In this document: piece by piece, positions 59,301 through 64,000 of the stretch
How the letters are laid out: each line of letters begins with the position of its first letter
Numbering within the stretch: position 1 is the first letter of the stretch
Source of the DNA: Eledone cirrhosa
Lineage: Eukaryota
Length of the DNA: 64,000 nucleotides
Direction of reading: 5' to 3'
Assembly: GCA_964016885.1 (NCBI GenBank)
Contig: OZ024755.1
Coordinates: 44,764,001 to 44,828,000 of the forward strand
Notes under the pieces: generated by a model
The model's input: only the letters and a program-made list of their open reading frames with translations
Database searches by the model: none
Told to the model about the DNA's origin: nothing
Translations under genes and position numbers: made by a program

Positions 59301-62300
59301 GACAGTACCAACATGTACTGTGTACCACAGTTGACAGTACCAACATATACTGTGTACCACATTTTACAGTACTAACATATACTGTGTCCCACAGTTGAGT
59401 GTACAAATATATACTGTGTACCTCAGTTGACGATATCAACATATACTGTGTACCACAGTTGACAGTACCAACATATACTGTGTACCACAGTTGACAGTAC
59501 CAACGTATACTGTGTACCACAGTTGACAGTACCAACTTATACTGTGTACCACAGTTGACAGTTCTAATATATACTGTGTACCACAGTTGAGAGTACCAAC
59601 ATATACTGTGTACCACAGTTGACAGTATTAACATATACTGTGTACCACAGTTGACAGTATCCACGTATGTGTACCACAGTTGACAGTATCAACGTATATC
59701 TGTACCACATATTGACAGTACCAACATATACTGTGTACCACAGTTGACAGTACCAACGTATACTGTGTACCACAGTTGACATTACCAACATATACTGTGT
59801 ACCACAGTTGACAGTACCAACGTATACTGTGTACCACAGTTGAGAGTACCAATATATACTGTGTACCTCAGTTGACGATATCAACGTATACTGTGTACCA
59901 CAGTGGACAGTACCAACGTATATGTGTACAACATATTGACAGTACCAACATATACTGTGTACCACAGTTGACAGTACCAACAAAAACTGTGTACCACAGT
60001 TGACAGTACCAACATATACTGTGTACCACAGTTGACAGTACTAACATATACTGTGTACCACAGTTGAGAGTACCAATATATACTGTGTACCTCAGTTGAC
60101 GATATCAACATATACTGTGTACCACAGTTGACAGTACCAACATATACTGTGTACCAGAGTTGACAGTACTAACATATACTGTGTACCACAGTTGAAAGTA
60201 CCATCATATACTGTGTACCACAGTTGACACTACCAACATAAACTGTGTACCACAGTTGACAGTACCAACATATACTGTGTACCGCAGTTGACAGTACCAA
60301 CATATACTGTGTACCACAGTTGACAGTACCAACGTATACTGTGTACCACAGTTGACAGTACCAACATATACTGTGTACCACAGTTGAGAGTACCAACGTA
60401 TATGTGTACAACATATTGAACGTACCAACATATAATGTGTACCACATTTGACAGTACCATCATATACTGACTACCACAGTTGACAGTACCAACGTATACT
60501 GTGTACCAGAGTTAACAGTACCAACATATACTGTGTACCACTGTTGACAGTATCAACATATACTGTGTACCAGAGTTGACAGTACCAACATATACTGTGT
60601 ACCACATTTGACAGTAGCAACATATACTTTTTATCACAGTTGACAGTACCATCATATATAGTGTACCACAGTTGACAGTACCAACATATACTGTGTACCA
60701 CTGTTGACAGTACCAACATATACTGTGTACCACAGTTTACAGTACCAACGTATACTGTGTACCACAGTTGACAGTACCAACTTATACTGTGTACCACAGT
60801 TGACAGTACTAATATATACTGTGTACCAAAGTTGAGAGTACCAACATATACTGTGTACCACAGTTGACAGTACTAACATATACTGTGTACCACAGTTGAC
60901 TGTATCCACGTATGTGTACCACAGTTGACAGTATCAACGTATATCTGTACCACATATTGACAGTACAAACATATAGTGTGTACCACAGTTGACAGTACCA
61001 ACGTATACTGTTTACCACAGTTGACAGTACCAACGTATACTGTGTACCACAGTTGACAGTACCAACATATACTGTGTACCACAGTTGAAAGTACCAACGT
61101 ATACTGTGTACCACAGTTGACAGTACCAACATATACTGTGTACCACAGTTGACAGTACCAACATATACTGTGTACCACAGTTGACAGTACCAACGTATAC
61201 TGTGTACCACAGTTGACAGTACCAACATATACTGTGTACCACAGTTGAGAGTACCAACGTATATGTGTACAACATATTGACAGTACCAACATATACTGTG
61301 TACCACATTTGACAGTACCATCATATACTGACTACCACAGTTGACAGTACCAACGTATACTGTGTACCAGAGTTAACAGTACCAACATATACTGTGTACC
61401 ACTGTTGACAGTATCAACATATACTGTGTACCAGAGTTGACAGCACCAACATATACTGTGTACCACAGTTGACAGTAGCAACATATACTGTGTATCACAG
61501 TTGACAGTACCAACATATATAGTGTACCAGAGTTGACAGTACCAACATATACTTTGTACCACTGTTGACAGTACCAACATATACTGTGTACCACAGTTGA
61601 CAGTACCAACGTATACTGTGTACCACAGTTGACAGTACCAACTTATACTGTGTACCACAGTTGACAGTACTAATATATACTGTGTTCCAAAGTTGAGATT
61701 ACCAACATATACTGTGTACCACAGTTGATAGTACTAACATATACTGTGTACCACAGTTGACAGTATCCACGTATGTGTACCACAGTTGACAGTATCAACG
61801 TATATCTGTACCACATATTGACAGTACCAACATATACTGTGTACCACAGTTGACAGTACCAACGTATACTGTGTACCAGAGTTGACAGTACCAACGTATA
61901 CTGTGTACCACAGTTGACAGTACCAACATATACTGTGTACCACAGTTGACAGTACCAATGTATACTGTGTACCACAGTTGACATTACCAAGGTATACTGT
62001 GTACAAACAGTGGACAGTACCAACGTATATGTGTACAACATATTGACAGTACCAACATATACTGTGTACCACAGTTGACAGTACCAACATATACTGTGTA
62101 CCACAGTTGACAGTACCAACATATACGGTGTACCACAGTTGACAGTACCAACGTATACTGTGTACCACAGTTGACAGTACCAACATATACTGTGTACCAC
62201 AGTTGACAGTACCAACATATACTGTGTACCACAGTTGGCGGTACCAACAAATACTGTGTTCCACAGTTGAGAGTACCAACATATACTGTGTACCACAGTT

Positions 62301-62520
62301 GACAGTACCAACATATATTGTGTACCACAGTTGACAGTACCAACATATACTGGGTGCCACTGTTCACAGTACCAACATATAATTTGTACCACATTTGACA
62401 CTACCAACGTATTCTGTGTACCACAGTTGACCATACCATCATATAGGGTGTACCACAGTTGACAGTACCAACATATACTGTGTACCACATTTGACAGTAC
62501 CATCATATACTGACTACCAC
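53340..62520 (+). repeat. Domain containing an about 830-860-bp (26-27 monomer) higher-order unit, interleaved with diverged copies of block A segments
   Basis: The marker 'tgactacc' occurs at 53635, 54464, 56313, 60468, 61329 and 62511. The spacings 829 and 861 equal 26x32-3 and 27x32-3. ORF-track matches occur at offsets 6833 (53336/60169) and 5016 (55793/60809, 56654/61670). The segment 57300-59460 resembles 1490-3990. Confidence 0.78.
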
Positions 62521-64000
62521 AGTTGACAGTACCAACGTATAATGTGTACCAGAGTTAACAGTAGCAACATATACAGTGTACCACTGTTGACAGTACCAAC
62601 ATATACTGTGTACCAGAGTTGTCAGTACCAACATATTCTGTGTACCACAGTTGACAGTACCAACATATACTGTGTATCACAGTTGACAGTACTAACATAT
62701 ACTGTGTACCAGAGTGGACAGTACCAACATATACTGTTTACCACAGTTGACAGTACCAACGTATACTGTGTACCAATGTTGACAGTACCAACGTATACTG
62801 TGTACCACAGTTAACAGTACCAACATATACTGTGTACCACAGTTGACAGTACCAACATATACTGTGTACCACAGTTGACAGTACCAACGTATACTGTGTA
62901 ACAAAGTTGACAATACCATCATATAGGGTGTACCAAAGTTGACAGTACCAACATATACTGTGTACCACAGTTGAGAGTACCATCGTATACTGTGTACCAC
63001 AGTTGACAGTACTAACATATACTGTGTACCAGAGTTGACAGTACCAACATATACTATGTACCAGAGTTGACAGTACTAACATATACTGTGTACCACTGTT
63101 GACATTACCAACGTATATTGTATACCACAGTTAACAGTAACAATATATACTGTGTACCACAGTTGACAGTACCAACGTATACTGTGTACCACTGTTGACA
63201 GTACCAACATATACAGTATAACACAGTTGACAGTACCAACATATACTGTGTACCACAGTTGACAGTACCAACATATACTGTGTACCATAGTTGACAGTAC
63301 CAACGTATACTGTGTACCACAGTTGACAGTACCAACATATACTGTGTACCATAGTTGACAGAACCAACGTATACTCTGTACCATAGTTGACAGTACCAAC
63401 ATATAGCGTGTACCACAGTTGACAGTACCAACATATACTGTGTACCACAGTTGACAGTACCAACGTATACTGTGTACCACAGTTGACATTACCAACGTAT
63501 ACTGTGTACCACAGTGGACAGTACCAACGTATATGTGTACAACATATTGACAGTACCAACATATACTGTGTACCACAGTTACAGTAGCAACATGTACTGT
63601 GTACCACAGTTGACAGTACCAACATATACTGTGTACCACAGTTGACAGTACTAACATATACTGTGTCCCACAGTTGAGTGTACAAATATATACTGTGTAC
63701 CTCAGTTGACGATATCAACATATACTGTGTACCACAGTTGACAGTACCAACATATACTGTGTACGACAGTTGACAGTACCAACGTATACTGTGTACCACA
63801 GTTGACAGTACCAACTTATACTGTGTACCACAGTTGACAGTTCTAATATATACTGTGTACCACAGTTGAGAGTACCAACATATACTGTGTACCACAGTTG
63901 ACAGTATTAACATATACTGTGTACCACAGTTGACAGTATCCACGTATGTGTACCACAGTTGACAGTATCAACGTATATCTGTACCACATATTGACAGTAC

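Larger units (their letters stand above)
1..64000 (+). repeat. 32-bp tandem satellite array, about 2,000 head-to-tail monomers, consensus CAGTTGACAGTACCAACATATACTGTGTACCA; runs off both window ends
   Basis: The monomer is visible on every line. Most copies differ from consensus by only a few substitutions, with occasional 29/30/31/33/35-bp indel variants. All monomers are in one orientation except the 17-bp inverted piece at 30827-30843. Confidence 0.99.

Noticed and set aside
1287-62814. Four short plus-strand ORFs (1287, 37019, 58179, 62542)
   Set aside because: They are chance read-through where variants remove the TGA of the monomer.
18-63943. Hundreds of minus-strand ORFs (up to 561 aa) as protein-coding genes
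   Set aside because: They overlap in all three frames with the same 32-aa cycle and arise only because the monomer lacks minus-strand stops. They begin and end at sporadic variants and show no unique domains or gene context.
1-64000. CRISPR array (32-bp partly palindromic repeat with GTTG...CAAC)
   Set aside because: The repeats abut directly with no unique spacers, leader or cas genes. The sequence between GTACCA motifs is itself constant.
1-64000. Telomerase-type telomeric repeat
   Set aside because: There is no G-rich strand motif, the unit is 32 bp, and heritable variant patterns are duplicated in multi-kb blocks. This indicates recombinational amplification rather than templated addition. 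A subtelomeric location cannot be excluded.
1-64000. Antigenic-variation cassette or diversity-generating repeat system
   Set aside because: There is no expression locus, recombinase, reverse transcriptase or conserved flanking gene. The variation is explained by point mutation plus duplication.
1-64000. Assignment to a named satellite family, a species or centromeric function
   Set aside because: I do not recognise the monomer with confidence. This needs a database search and CENH3/CENP-A data.
1-64000. Purely artefactual sequence (concatemer or base-calling noise)
   Set aside because: Rare multi-base variants recur in the same order in blocks 7, 10 and 46 kb apart, which random error would not produce. 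Local misassembly of individual blocks remains possible.

Overview
The whole 64 kb window is one uninterrupted tandem satellite array of about 2,000 copies of a 32-bp monomer. The + strand consensus is CAGTTGACAGTACCAACATATACTGTGTACCA (13/32 G+C). I see no genes, RNA genes, transposons, CRISPR spacers or unique sequence. All ORFs in the track are by-products of the repeat: the minus strand of the monomer has no stop codon, and because 32 is not a multiple of 3, all three minus frames read the same 32-aa cycle (WYTVYVGTVNCGTQYMLVLSTVVHSICWYCQL). The informative structure lies in the variants. (1) The monomer is a 15+17 bp dimer of GTACCA-initiated subunits with three overlapping inverted repeats. 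(2) There is a nested hierarchy of higher-order duplications (about 0.1-0.3, 0.74, 0.83-0.86, 1.8, 7 and 10 kb), plus a 6.2 kb block recurring 46.2 kb away. (3) Several variants restore pairing in the monomer hairpin. (4) A single inverted 17-bp subunit at 30827-30843 lies inside a patchwork junction at 30.2-31.1 kb that looks like a multi-step template-switch scar. The pattern is typical of eukaryotic satellite DNA, but the organism and satellite family cannot be determined from the sequence. I found no evidence of a new protein-coding system. Block boundaries were read by eye from marker variants and ORF-track offsets, so they are approximate.
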